64,000 bases of DNA from a virus. The DNA lies in IMG/VR virus record IMGVR_UViG_3300048913_000256, positions 1 through 64,000 of that record. One strand, given 5' to 3'. The position numbers and the translations under genes were made by a program. Below the pieces are notes generated by a model. It was not told where the DNA came from and ran no database searches. It worked only from the letters and a program-made list of their open reading frames with translations. Position 1 is the stretch's first letter, and each line of letters begins with the position of its first letter. Below are positions 53,370 to 63,055 of this stretch, piece after piece.

Positions 53370-56300
53370 TTCAGCGAAACGTCGAGAACGCGGCCGCTGA
53401 ACGTCTCTTCGGTATGCAAGTCTCTTAGCGCGACCCCGAACACCCGTCCGATCGGCGTTTTCAGTAGGTAGACAGTTCCGGCGCTCGCCATCGTCTCCAG
53501 ACGCGTGAGAAGCGCCAAGAGGTCGGTGTCTGACGAGAAGAACGAGCCAGCGAGCGTCCCTGCGTGGTTTTTCGTGATCTCACGGCGCAGGCGCGGCAAT
53601 GTGGCCTTGGTTCGCAGCTCCGTCGTATTCTGCGTGAAGTCAATCGAGTTCCCTTCGCTGTTGTACTGGAACACGATCGGCGCTGTCACGGCAGACTCGT
53701 CGATCAACCAGCTACCGGAGAAGGATAGCGCCGTCTGCGCGGTCCCATACGCCGATACCGATCCGCTCGCCGATATCGCCGCTACTGCGTACTCATACGT
53801 TCCGGCGGGCGCTAGATAGTCGACATATGGCGAGGTCGCCGAGGCTGCGACCAAGCGCCATGTAGTCTCGCCCAACTTGCGGCGATAGACGTCATTGCGC
53901 GTGACGGTCGGAGCGTTCGACGCGGATTGCGAGACGTTGTCGTTTCGGACGTAGGTCGTGAATGCCGCACCTGTTTCGACCTGCCCTGCGTCGATCTTGA
54001 ACGCGAAGTTACCGGTCGTGGCTTGACGGACCTGCAACTTGACCTGCGTGGTGGTCGCGGGCATAATCGCCGTACAGGTCGCCTGCTGCCACGCTCCAGT
54101 CAACGTCACCGTCGGGCTGGTCAGGTCGGTTAGGTAGCTCGCGCCGTTGTACGCTTGCATACGCAGGGTGACGGTTTTACCTGCCGTACCTTTGATCCAG
54201 ATCGACGCGGTGTACTGGACACCTGCGCTAACCGGCAAAAATCCCGACTGGATTCCGTGACTGGTCGCGACATTGGCGATCTGCGTTGAGATCGCGTATG
54301 TCCCGATCTTGGCATCCGTGTCGAGCGCGATTGCAGCCGCGCCCTGTGATGTGTAAACCGCCCACGAGTCAGCCATTGGAGCCGAAACACTTGCGTCCTT
54401 GAACACAACCCCGGCGTCGCCGCCTACACCGATCAGAAAGCCTCCCGACAAAGCGGTGTCCGTTACGGTGATCGTTTGAAGCGGCGTCCCTGTAGATGTC
54501 GATCCGCTGTACAACTTCGCGGTGAGCTGACCGGTTGTGTCTCGCGACAACGTGATGGTGTAGACTGTGCTTGCCGTCGTCGTGACCACAGCCGGAGTGC
54601 CTAGAATCGATGTCGATCCCGGCACGACTTTCTCGATGCGGAACGCCGTTGCCGTCAAGTATGCGCGGTAGCAACTCGAGAGGTCGGCCGTTGCGGATAA
54701 AGCAAGGTACTGGAACCCATTGGACGAGTTAGTCGTGAGAGTGACCTGCGCGGTCAATGCAAGATTCTGCCCGCCAGATCCCGTCAACGGAACCCAAACA
54801 GCATTCCCCGCCGACATTCGCGATCCTGCCGTACCGATCGTCGCGCCACCTGCGGCAAACGAAAACGCATCACCTGCACGCACCGCCCACGCTGCCCCGC
54901 TCGTCAAGTTGTCGTTGAACACCTGCGCTGTGCCTGTCGCGACTTCAGCGCCAGAGTTCCGCAGAAGATTCGTCGTGGTAACGGGATTCGAAAACGTCAC
55001 GGTGTTCCGCGCGTTCGCCCCGTCGCTAGTCGCAGTGACTACCGGCGTAAACGGCGGCGTATACGCGACGCTGAACGTCTTCTTGGCGCTGGTAGCCGAT
55101 ACCCCGTCTTGCGACGTCGCCGTGAACTCGACCTGATACGTCGTATTGTTCGCCAGCCCTGCGAAAGTGTAGGCGTTCGTTTTCGAAAGGATTGTGCCGC
55201 TGTCTTGGAGAATCGTCGTACCTGCTGCGTCGTACAGTTTGAACTGGAACGACGTTTGCGTGGACCCTGCGCCCTGCGAGTAGGTGCCGCCGAACGTGTA
55301 CGAGTCGGACGAGATCGACGCGGGCGCAACCGCCGTGACTGTCGGAGCCGCCGAGCATTTGAACGTCGAGTATGCGCTCCACGGGGATGCGAATCCCGCC
55401 GCGTCATACGTCAGTACGCGCCATTGGTACGTAATGCCGTTGGTGAGCGTATTGGCGGCGAGTGTATGCGAGGAGACGGTCGAGCCGGTCTTAGCGACCT
55501 TGACGACGGGCGTGCTCGGTGCGGCGGTGTCGTAGATTTCGAGTTCATACGCGGACTGCGTATCGCCGGTCGTGTCATTGAATGTCCACGAAAACACGGC
55601 GCTGGTCGTCTTGTCGAAATTGGCGCGGGTCAGCGCGGATGGCGCAAGCGGCGGGACGTTGATCGAGAACGAATCGAACTTCGTCGATACCGCCTGCGCG
55701 TCCGTATAAATCCAGCGCACGGCATCCGAAGAATTCATGTTGAACATCGACCATAGCACCGCCGGATTCTGCGCGTGGCCCGTCGTGTTGGTGGTCATAT
55801 CGGTAGCCGCGCCCCATGTCGAGGTAGCGGCAGTGTATTTGACTCGGCGTACTTGATCGTACGTGCCGGACGTCCTCCCTTGAAACAGAACGTACTTGTC
55901 GCCGGTGTTCGGGTCCAGCGTTGCGGACGGCAAACTTTGCGAGTAGGTAGCGTTGGTAACGATGTCCTGTTGTGATGTCCAAGTCGAGCCGCCGTCGACA
56001 GAGCGCGCCCAGCGAATGCGGCCGATACTCGAGCCTGCCGGAATGTTCGTCCAGTAGACGTCAATCACGCCATTTGCGTCGACCGTCGCGGTAGGATAAC
56101 GCTGAGGTGCTTGGTCGCTCGCGGTTTGAACGATGGAAGACGTCCACGTCGAGCCTGACAGAGAGAACGCTAGGATAGACGAGGCCCCCGCCGCGTTCGC
56201 GTCACCCGGAAACAGCGCTTGACATACGATGAGCGGCGCGTTTGTCGACTTGATTACGATGGCGGGGTTCGCGTAGGATTCCGCGCCATTCATCGTACTG

Positions 56301-57544
56301 GTGATCGCAGTGGGTGCCGACCACGTCACGCCGCCGTCGGTAGATTTCGAATAGCGGAGATTGTTGTTCGTGTACGTGGGGGTTGCGGCGATCCAAGCGG
56401 CGTGAAGAACGCCTGCGCCGTCAGTGGCGAGCGACATGTTCCCTAGAACACTCGTCCCCGAAAACGCCGGTTCGATTTGAGTCGTACTATTCGGGAGTGG
56501 GTCCGTGTTACTCACTGTCGTCGCATCGAACTTGTTGCAGAAAACGGTTCCGTCGGGCGAGGTGTTAGGTTTATACAAGATGTAAATGGTCGTCCCAACG
56601 CTTGCGATCGCCGCGCCAGCCTCTTTTACGGTCAGGTAGCAGAGTAGCGACCATGTCGCGGCGTTGTCTTTCGATACGTAGAAGTATTGCGTTCCGCTAC
56701 GGAATGCGGTCGCCACGATCCATCCGTTGCTCAGGCGCACGATCTTCCGTCCGCCGTTGCCCGAAGTATCGTTTGATCCGCTGGCTACTACGGTAGGGTC
56801 GATGATAACCGGATACGCGCGATCGTCAGACGTCATCCACGAGTTGTCGACGATGATGTCAAAAGGGAGTACCGCGACCGAACCGTCCTCACTCTCGACA
56901 AAAACGCGACCTTCGTCAGTATCGAACCAATCGCCGCGAGTCACGCCGGTCGTGCGATACTTGCCGCCAGTCTCGGCGCGCGTCGGGAACGCGGAGTCAC
57001 CGACGACAATCGGCGGCAGCGAGAACACGATGTTCCCTGCAGCATCGCAAAGTTCGATCGCGCCCGACGTCTCGAATCCGCCTACGAGAGTTATACCATC
57101 GGCGCGAACCGCGAGGTCCATGTCGAACGTGAGCGTGCCGCCGAGCGCGAAGTCGACGTTCTCACCGAACCATGGCGCGGCGTCCGGCTGGAACCCTTGG
57201 ACTACGATTTGGTGCTTGAGTCTGTCGCCCGATACGATGAAGAGATCGTCGACATCCGGCATTGGTCGATTGATGCGGGCGGTGTGGCCGCGTACCTCGA
57301 GCGGAACCTCCTGCACCGTATAGATCAAGTCCTCGTCAAGCGTATCGCGATCCACATAGCGCATGGACTCGGGATGCCACGTTACGAAACGCCCGCTCGA
57401 TTCAACGGTGATGCGGTTTCCCTTCTGTTCGAACATCGCGCGGATAACACCGTTGTCAGCGAGGTAGACGCCCGCCTTCGACTGCATCGGGCGGATCCGA
57501 TTATCAAGTCCCTCTAGCGGAGATGCTGCGATTGTTTGACCCAT
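53345..57544 (-). CDS. Large tail protein with BNR/Asp-box propeller, Fn3-like and C-terminal carbohydrate-binding-like regions (1399 aa)
   Basis: Asp-boxes SKSTDGGVTWS and ARSVDGGSTWT (plus VSKDNAATWS). Repeated Fn3-like stretches. Located downstream of the tape measure. Confidence 0.7.
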   Translation of the reverse strand: MGQTIAASPLEGLDNRIRPMQSKAGVYLADNGVIRAMFEQKGNRITVESSGRFVTWHPESMRYVDRDTLDEDLIYTVQEVPLEVRGHTARINRPMPDVDDLFIVSGDRLKHQIVVQGFQPDAAPWFGENVDFALGGTLTFDMDLAVRADGITLVGGFETSGAIELCDAAGNIVFSLPPIVVGDSAFPTRAETGGKYRTTGVTRGDWFDTDEGRVFVESEDGSVAVLPFDIIVDNSWMTSDDRAYPVIIDPTVVASGSNDTSGNGGRKIVRLSNGWIVATAFRSGTQYFYVSKDNAATWSLLCYLTVKEAGAAIASVGTTIYILYKPNTSPDGTVFCNKFDATTVSNTDPLPNSTTQIEPAFSGTSVLGNMSLATDGAGVLHAAWIAATPTYTNNNLRYSKSTDGGVTWSAPTAITSTMNGAESYANPAIVIKSTNAPLIVCQALFPGDANAAGASSILAFSLSGSTWTSSIVQTASDQAPQRYPTATVDANGVIDVYWTNIPAGSSIGRIRWARSVDGGSTWTSQQDIVTNATYSQSLPSATLDPNTGDKYVLFQGRTSGTYDQVRRVKYTAATSTWGAATDMTTNTTGHAQNPAVLWSMFNMNSSDAVRWIYTDAQAVSTKFDSFSINVPPLAPSALTRANFDKTTSAVFSWTFNDTTGDTQSAYELEIYDTAAPSTPVVKVAKTGSTVSSHTLAANTLTNGITYQWRVLTYDAAGFASPWSAYSTFKCSAAPTVTAVAPASISSDSYTFGGTYSQGAGSTQTSFQFKLYDAAGTTILQDSGTILSKTNAYTFAGLANNTTYQVEFTATSQDGVSATSAKKTFSVAYTPPFTPVVTATSDGANARNTVTFSNPVTTTNLLRNSGAEVATGTAQVFNDNLTSGAAWAVRAGDAFSFAAGGATIGTAGSRMSAGNAVWVPLTGSGGQNLALTAQVTLTTNSSNGFQYLALSATADLSSCYRAYLTATAFRIEKVVPGSTSILGTPAVVTTTASTVYTITLSRDTTGQLTAKLYSGSTSTGTPLQTITVTDTALSGGFLIGVGGDAGVVFKDASVSAPMADSWAVYTSQGAAAIALDTDAKIGTYAISTQIANVATSHGIQSGFLPVSAGVQYTASIWIKGTAGKTVTLRMQAYNGASYLTDLTSPTVTLTGAWQQATCTAIMPATTTQVKLQVRQATTGNFAFKIDAGQVETGAAFTTYVRNDNVSQSASNAPTVTRNDVYRRKLGETTWRLVAASATSPYVDYLAPAGTYEYAVAAISASGSVSAYGTAQTALSFSGSWLIDESAVTAPIVFQYNSEGNSIDFTQNTTELRTKATLPRLRREITKNHAGTLAGSFFSSDTDLLALLTRLETMASAGTVYLLKTPIGRVFGVALRDLHTEETFSGRVLDVSLKWTEVKAV

Positions 57545-57550
57545 ACGATT

Positions 57551-57593
57551 CCTCCTCGAAATAGAAAAAGCGCCCTCACGATGGAAGGCGCTT
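57551..57593 (-). terminator. Hairpin + U-tract + SD module (paralog of 3523-3575)
   Basis: Sense strand: AAGCGCCTTCCATCGTGAGGGCGCTTTTTCTATTTCGAGGAGG, then ATG 57544. Confidence 0.55.
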
Positions 57594-57610
57594 GTTTGCG
57601 TTGTTTTCGT

Positions 57611-57958
57611 CTATACCTCGGTCGTCGGCGGTGTCGGCGGGTACGACTCAAAGGTTGGGCGCAGGAGGCCCGTATCGAAATCGAAGTCCACCGTCAGCGT
57701 ACCGGCTACCAACGCATAGGTCGTCGGGTAGACGTAGGAACCGCGCGGGATCTCGATACGGTCGATGTACCACGTATTCGTCGGCGCGCGGTACGTGTGG
57801 TTCAGGTCGTTGTGAACGATTTGAAACGTCTGGATGGTTGCGGGATCGACGCTTTCGAGCGAAACGTCGAGCGGGCTGTAGCTCCCGCCCTGAACGTTCT
57901 TCACCTTGCCGTTGATCTTGAGCGACGCGTACCAACGTGTAGCGGTGTAATCTGCCAT
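57611..57958 (-). CDS. Small tail protein (115 aa)
   Basis: GGGAGGA SD. Sits between the tape measure and the large tail protein. Confidence 0.6.
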   Translation of the reverse strand: MADYTATRWYASLKINGKVKNVQGGSYSPLDVSLESVDPATIQTFQIVHNDLNHTYRAPTNTWYIDRIEIPRGSYVYPTTYALVAGTLTVDFDFDTGLLRPTFESYPPTPPTTEV

Positions 57959-57970
57959 TGTGATTCCTCC

Positions 57971-60900
57971 CTATTTCCACGAGTGTGCGAGTTTTTGGTC
58001 GTAGGCGCGAATGGCGCGATCAACGCCTTCCTCGATGCGCTTGTCGATTTGCGGATCGGTTGCGCCGCGTGCGTCGATGTGGAACGTGAACGACGAGTTG
58101 TTCGTGGTGTTCGAGTTCACGACCTCACGGACACCCGCGGAACTAGCGGCGGCGTCTCTCGACAACGTCGGTGGCGGTGCGGTGAACGGATCAGCCATCA
58201 TACTGCCGAGAGACTTGAGCGCGCTCTGCTTTCGCGCTTCTCCGAATGCTTCACGCTGCTGCCTCTCGTTCAGCACGAGTTCTCCGATCTTCAGTTTCGC
58301 AATGACTTCGTCGCCGCCGATCCGCGTCCCAACGATGCCGCCATCATGGAACGTCCATTGACCGGTCTTATCGTTGTACTTGCCGCCGATGGAATCGCCG
58401 AGCTTGATGTTAGCGTCGTGAAGCTGCGCTTGCTCTGCGGGAGTAGCGGAAGCCCACCGTGCGGAATTGGCGTTCATCTGGTCGATGACACTCTGCTTCG
58501 AACCGGCGGGAACGGGAGGTCCGTATTGCGACGAGTTCGGCGAGTTTGGCACGGATTGCGGCGGGAACAGCGAACCTTGCAGCATGATCTCGTTTTGTAC
58601 GCGCGTGTACGCCGCCTTCATGTCGGCGAGGTACTTCTCGACATCCGCCAGAGTCCGTTGGAGTCCGTTCTGCTGGACTAGCGCACGAGTATCCGCGTTG
58701 ACCTTGTCGTCGGTCGTCCACTGGTCGTAGAACGCCTTGAGCGCCGCGAGACGTTGCGAGTTTTTATCGCGAGTGTCCTTCAGTTCCTTTTCGAGAGCGT
58801 CGCGGTTCGCCTTGATCGCGCCCTGTCGTGCTTTCTCGGCGATGTTCTCCTGCTGGTCTGCGATCTGCTCGTCGAGATCCGAGAGCTTTTCGAGGTCGGC
58901 AACCTTGCGCTCGACCAACTGCCCGCTCGCGTCACGCTCAATTAGTGAGAACCGTTTGTCGGCGGCAGTCTTGGCGCGTTGATCTTGGAGGTCGGCGAGG
59001 CGTTTTCGGTCCTTCTCGATCTCGAGCAACCGTTGCTGTGCGCTCTCTTCGCGATCGAGCGCGTCAATCTTCGCCTGAATCGCGTCTTCGGCGGACTTGT
59101 TCGCCTTCTCCTGCGCGTCCAGAATTGAATTCCGTTGCATCTCGCGTGCTTGCTTGAGATCGGCGGCAATCGCTTGCGTGAGCGCCCGTTTCGCACTCTC
59201 TGCATTCTCACGTGCCTGTGCCGCATCCTCTGCGTTGAGTTGCGCCTTGCGCGCGTAGACTCGCTCCCATGATTGAAGTTCCATGTCGGCGATCTCGATC
59301 GCACTCTTGCCTTCGTCCTGCATCGTCAGCTTCTTCGCGTTGATCCATTGGACAGAATCGGCGAAGGATGCGGCAGCGGCGTCGTGTTGCGCCTGTTTCA
59401 GCGAGGCGAGCGCGGTTTTGCGGTCTTCAGCGAGAAGGTTCTCGCGGGAGGCGACGCGGTTCCACGATTCGATTTCGAAGGCGGCGACCTCGGCGGCGGT
59501 GGCTCCGCGCTCTTGCATGGCGGATTTCTGTTCCGCGATCCACTCAGACGAATAGGTAAACGCGCCCTTTGCGATATCGTTGTCGATCCGATACTGGTCC
59601 GCCGCGTGACCTTTCAGCCAGTCAGCGTATGCGGTGCGCGTGTTCTTCTCGCGTTCGATGTACTGTTCGAGGTCGATTTGACCGGCATCGAGCAGTTGTT
59701 TCGAGTAGGCGCGACTTGCCTCGTAAGATTCACGCATGGCGGCGTCAGCTTCACGCGCGAGATCCTCGGCGGACTTACCTTTCGGACCGTCGACAGGCGC
59801 TGCCCACGATTGAGAACCGTAGGACTTTTCGCCAGTGGTCGAGGAACCGCCGGGCGGCGTGGCGTATGCGTTCTTCGCGTGGTTGGCGCGGGAGTCGACG
59901 TAGGGTTCGTTGCTCGCTTCACCGTTGAGCTGCGCCATTTGAGCGTTCAATTGTTTGAGTTTGTTCTGTGCATCCGTGACTGACTTGAGCGCTTTTTGCT
60001 GCTCCTCTAAATACCGACCGGCGTCAGGCCCAGTAACCTTAGTCCAGTCGAGATTCGCAGATTTTTGTTTTGCCGCGCTCAGGTCGTTAGTCGCCTTGAT
60101 GAAGTCCGTCTGTAGGTCTTGGAGAACACTCGCTCGCTTGGCTTTCGCAAGTTCGTAGTAAGCCGCTGTGTTGAGAGAAACCGCATTACCCTCTGCGTCG
60201 AGCTGTCCAATGATCTCAGGATGGAGTGCGCCAATTTCCTTGATGACCGATTTCAATTCCTGTTGCGCGGCGGTCTTTTCTTGGTCGGAAGCGGTCGAGG
60301 ACTTCGTGACGGCTATGAGTTTGTCGTAGCGGTTGGCGAGCGAGACTATTTGCTTGTCCTGCTCCTGCTGTTCCATCCTCGCTTTCTCCGCCTCGACCGT
60401 GTAGCCTACGGCTGCGGTCGCAACCAAGCCGATAACCGTCGCAATTGCGCCCCACGGACCTGCCGCAACGGTTGCCGCCGTACCGAGTCCAGTCATCGCT
60501 ACAGTCGCGGAAGCAATCGCCGGAAGCACCAATTTGACCGCGCCGTAGGTTGTCCCGAACGCAGTTGCGAGCAAGCCGATTTGCACGACCTGCTTAACCG
60601 TCTCACTGGCGGACGATTTCTGAGCGTCAGACATTTGCGAGAACAGGCTTGTAATAGCCCCCATCTCCAGCCCGAGTTCGTTAATTGCCGGTACGAAAAT
60701 GGAGCCGATGGAGATCGCCATATTCTCGAATGCAGCTTTCGATTTCTCGATACTGCCGTTCAGCGTGTCAATTCGATCCCGTGCTTGGTCAACGGCGCTG
60801 GTCGAGGTCAAGGCGCTCCGCATGTCGTTGATCTGCTGTGTCGTCGCCTGCATAAAAGCGAGGGCGGCACGAGAAGAGTCGGAGCCGAACAGTCGCGAGA

Positions 60901-61783
60901 AGATATCGGACTGTGCCTGCTGGTTGAACTGACCGAACTTCGTTTTCAGTACGTCGATTACAGATGCGATGTCCTTCAACTTACCGGACGCATCGAAGAA
61001 GACGTTTTTGTTGTCCGCCGTGATGAGGCCGAACTCTTTGAACAGTTCCGTAGCTTCCTTTGTCGAGGGCAGTAGGTTTTGAAGCATCGTCTTGTAGGAC
61101 GTGCCTGCGTCGGAGCCTTTCAATCCTGCGTTATGGAGTAACCCAAGCGCTGCGACAAGGTCGTTGAACGATTGACCTGTACCATTGGCGACCGCTTGCG
61201 ACTGCGCGAGCGCCATGCGAATATCTCCGATAGAACCTGCGGCCGCGTTTCCTACACCGACGATTGTGTTCGCGATCTGCGAGTAACCGCCTACGGCGTC
61301 CTTATACACGTTCTTGACGGTAGCAAGCGTTTCGCCCGCGTCCGCCATCGAAATCTCGCCAGCCTTCGAGAGCGCAACCATCGCCTCACCGCCGCCGTCG
61401 AGTACGTCTTTGAGTTGCCCGCCCGCCTTGATGATGTCGCCCATACCGGCGACGATGGAAGCGCTGGAATCGCCGAACTCTGCCGCGAGCTTCATCGCCG
61501 AGTCCTGCATCTGCTTGAGTTGCGCGTCGGTTGCCTGCGCCGCTACCTGTGCGTTCTTCGACTGTTGCTCGAACTGCTTATACTTCTCGATGACTTGCGT
61601 GAACGCGACGCCGATCCCGCCCATTGCCGCAATTCCGCCGAGCGTGTTACGGAGTTCCGCAGAAACAGTCTTCGAGACGTCTTGTAAGTCCTTGAGGTCC
61701 TTCTGCGCCCGTTGCGAATTGCGACTCCACTCAGACGAGTCAAGTCGGAGGCGTGCTAAGATGTCGCCAATCACGATGGACAA
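57971..61783 (-). CDS. Tail tape measure protein
   Basis: ~1270 aa and highly helical, with a hydrophobic central segment. GAGGAGG + 9 nt + TTG at 61783. Confidence 0.85.
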   Translation of the reverse strand: MSIVIGDILARLRLDSSEWSRNSQRAQKDLKDLQDVSKTVSAELRNTLGGIAAMGGIGVAFTQVIEKYKQFEQQSKNAQVAAQATDAQLKQMQDSAMKLAAEFGDSSASIVAGMGDIIKAGGQLKDVLDGGGEAMVALSKAGEISMADAGETLATVKNVYKDAVGGYSQIANTIVGVGNAAAGSIGDIRMALAQSQAVANGTGQSFNDLVAALGLLHNAGLKGSDAGTSYKTMLQNLLPSTKEATELFKEFGLITADNKNVFFDASGKLKDIASVIDVLKTKFGQFNQQAQSDIFSRLFGSDSSRAALAFMQATTQQINDMRSALTSTSAVDQARDRIDTLNGSIEKSKAAFENMAISIGSIFVPAINELGLEMGAITSLFSQMSDAQKSSASETVKQVVQIGLLATAFGTTYGAVKLVLPAIASATVAMTGLGTAATVAAGPWGAIATVIGLVATAAVGYTVEAEKARMEQQEQDKQIVSLANRYDKLIAVTKSSTASDQEKTAAQQELKSVIKEIGALHPEIIGQLDAEGNAVSLNTAAYYELAKAKRASVLQDLQTDFIKATNDLSAAKQKSANLDWTKVTGPDAGRYLEEQQKALKSVTDAQNKLKQLNAQMAQLNGEASNEPYVDSRANHAKNAYATPPGGSSTTGEKSYGSQSWAAPVDGPKGKSAEDLAREADAAMRESYEASRAYSKQLLDAGQIDLEQYIEREKNTRTAYADWLKGHAADQYRIDNDIAKGAFTYSSEWIAEQKSAMQERGATAAEVAAFEIESWNRVASRENLLAEDRKTALASLKQAQHDAAAASFADSVQWINAKKLTMQDEGKSAIEIADMELQSWERVYARKAQLNAEDAAQARENAESAKRALTQAIAADLKQAREMQRNSILDAQEKANKSAEDAIQAKIDALDREESAQQRLLEIEKDRKRLADLQDQRAKTAADKRFSLIERDASGQLVERKVADLEKLSDLDEQIADQQENIAEKARQGAIKANRDALEKELKDTRDKNSQRLAALKAFYDQWTTDDKVNADTRALVQQNGLQRTLADVEKYLADMKAAYTRVQNEIMLQGSLFPPQSVPNSPNSSQYGPPVPAGSKQSVIDQMNANSARWASATPAEQAQLHDANIKLGDSIGGKYNDKTGQWTFHDGGIVGTRIGGDEVIAKLKIGELVLNERQQREAFGEARKQSALKSLGSMMADPFTAPPPTLSRDAAASSAGVREVVNSNTTNNSSFTFHIDARGATDPQIDKRIEEGVDRAIRAYDQKLAHSWK

Positions 61784-61809
61784 TTCTTCGTTCCTCCTCT
61801 TTTTGGCAA

Positions 61810-61841
61810 CAAAAAAAGACGCCTCCATAGTGGAGACGCCT
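61810..61841 (-). terminator. Strand-specific intrinsic terminator after the moron
   Basis: Sense strand: AGGCGTCTCC-acta-(U)GGAGGCGUCU with two G-U pairs, then T7. The plus-strand version has C-A mismatches instead. Confidence 0.55.
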
Positions 61842-62229
61842 ATCTTAGAGCCGCGCTAAGTTTAGATAAACTACTGTATAGTGCTAGTTGACCAGCGACT
61901 TTGTCGTCAGGTCTCGTCTTAATAGTAAGCAAATAATCCTCATAGCTCTCGTACACTTGTTGCGTTGCTTGCACAATCTGCTTCTCGTGTTTGTCGAGGT
62001 CGGTTGAATGTTGATAGCTCATGACCTTAGCATACTTAGACATGTCGTCATCGGAAATACCTCTACCAAGCGCATCATTGCTGACTGCTGAATAGAAGTC
62101 TTGCGCATTGTTCAGTAGTTCGGGCCGTACCGCATCTTTTGCGACAAAGAACCAGTACGATAATATACATATCCCGGCAATACCTATAAGTGTTCCTATA
62201 TCCCAATAACGCTTCAACGAAAAAAGCAC
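61840..62229 (-). CDS. AT-rich moron: N-terminally membrane-anchored protein (129 aa)
   Basis: TM segment IGTLIGIAGICILSYWFFV. Visibly low GC. Inserted between the GT chaperone and the tape measure. Confidence 0.6.
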   Translation of the reverse strand: MLFSLKRYWDIGTLIGIAGICILSYWFFVAKDAVRPELLNNAQDFYSAVSNDALGRGISDDDMSKYAKVMSYQHSTDLDKHEKQIVQATQQVYESYEDYLLTIKTRPDDKVAGQLALYSSLSKLSAALR

Positions 62230-62281
62230 CCCTCTACACGTTTATGTAATAGAGGATATTCGAGGGCGAGCGTTCGAATCC

Positions 62282-62994
62282 CTACCCGCCCATCGCCGCG
62301 CGGAACATCTCCATTCCGCCAACATCCGCCTTCGCGTTAAGAATGCGCTGTTCTGGACGAATTCCCGTCGCTTGTCCCGTCAACTCATCGACGTACTTCG
62401 CCGTACCTTCGTTCGGGTGCGCTGCGTTCGCGATGAGACGAAGCAGTCGCAACTCACGAGCCGCGTCCTGCCTGCGCCACACCTCCGCGACTATGTAAGC
62501 TCGGCGTAAGCTGTACTCCGCGTGCAACGTATCAACCGAGATCCCGCGCGCTGAGAAAACGGCGACGAGTTCCGCCTGTGAGTCGGTTGAGATCGGATCG
62601 GGACTTACTCCGCCGGACGACTCTTGCGAATCTTCCCGAACAGCGCCCCGTACTTTTTTACGGCGGCGATCACGTCGTCGATGCGGTTCACCTCGACCCA
62701 CGCTTCGATGTAGGCGATGAGTTCGTGTGGGGCGGCGTTCTCAAGCAACCACTGACGCTCTTTACCGGTCATCACTTCGACAATATCAAACATCTCGTCG
62801 CCGGTCTCATCGGCAGCAGCCAAGAGCGACGGAAGAAATGCGTGTGCTTCGGCATTGGCGACAAGTGCGATTGCGGCAGGAAGTTTTTGCAGGCGCTTGA
62901 TAGTATCGAAGTATTTACCCATAGCCAGCGTGCGGACCTCGACAGTCTCGCCGCCTAGCGTGAGGTTGCGTTCAATATCGGACGAAATGGACAT
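62282..62994 (-). CDS. Tail assembly chaperone GT fusion, made by a -1 frameshift
   Basis: The -1 frame is open from the slippery site to 62282 (KKVRGAVREDSQESSGGVSPDP...). Confidence 0.65.
62605..62994 (-). CDS. Tail assembly chaperone G (129 aa)
   Basis: Located between the major tail protein and the tape measure. GGAGGA SD. Confidence 0.7.
   Translation of the reverse strand: MSISSDIERNLTLGGETVEVRTLAMGKYFDTIKRLQKLPAAIALVANAEAHAFLPSLLAAADETGDEMFDIVEVMTGKERQWLLENAAPHELIAYIEAWVEVNRIDDVIAAVKKYGALFGKIRKSRPAE
62653..62659 (-). other. -1 programmed frameshift slippery heptamer A_AAA_AAG
   Basis: Sense strand: GTA AAA AAG in frame 0 of the G gene. Confidence 0.65.
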
Positions 62995-63055
62995 TTGTGA
63001 TTCCTCCGTTGTTTGTGAGATAGAAGAGGAGCCGCCCGAAGACGGCCCCGTTTGT

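Noticed and set aside
236-55407. Many Arg/Ser/Pro-rich ORFs overlapping long genes on either strand (e.g. 236-676, 2105-2452, 15352-15792, 31446-31991, 55039-55407)
   Set aside because: These are typical GC-rich alternative-frame artefacts. They have biased composition and no SD, and are fully embedded in well-supported CDS.
62225-62292. A second complete tRNA gene at the GT/moron junction
   Set aside because: Only the T-loop and 3' acceptor half are present. No matching 5' acceptor, D arm or anticodon arm can be drawn.
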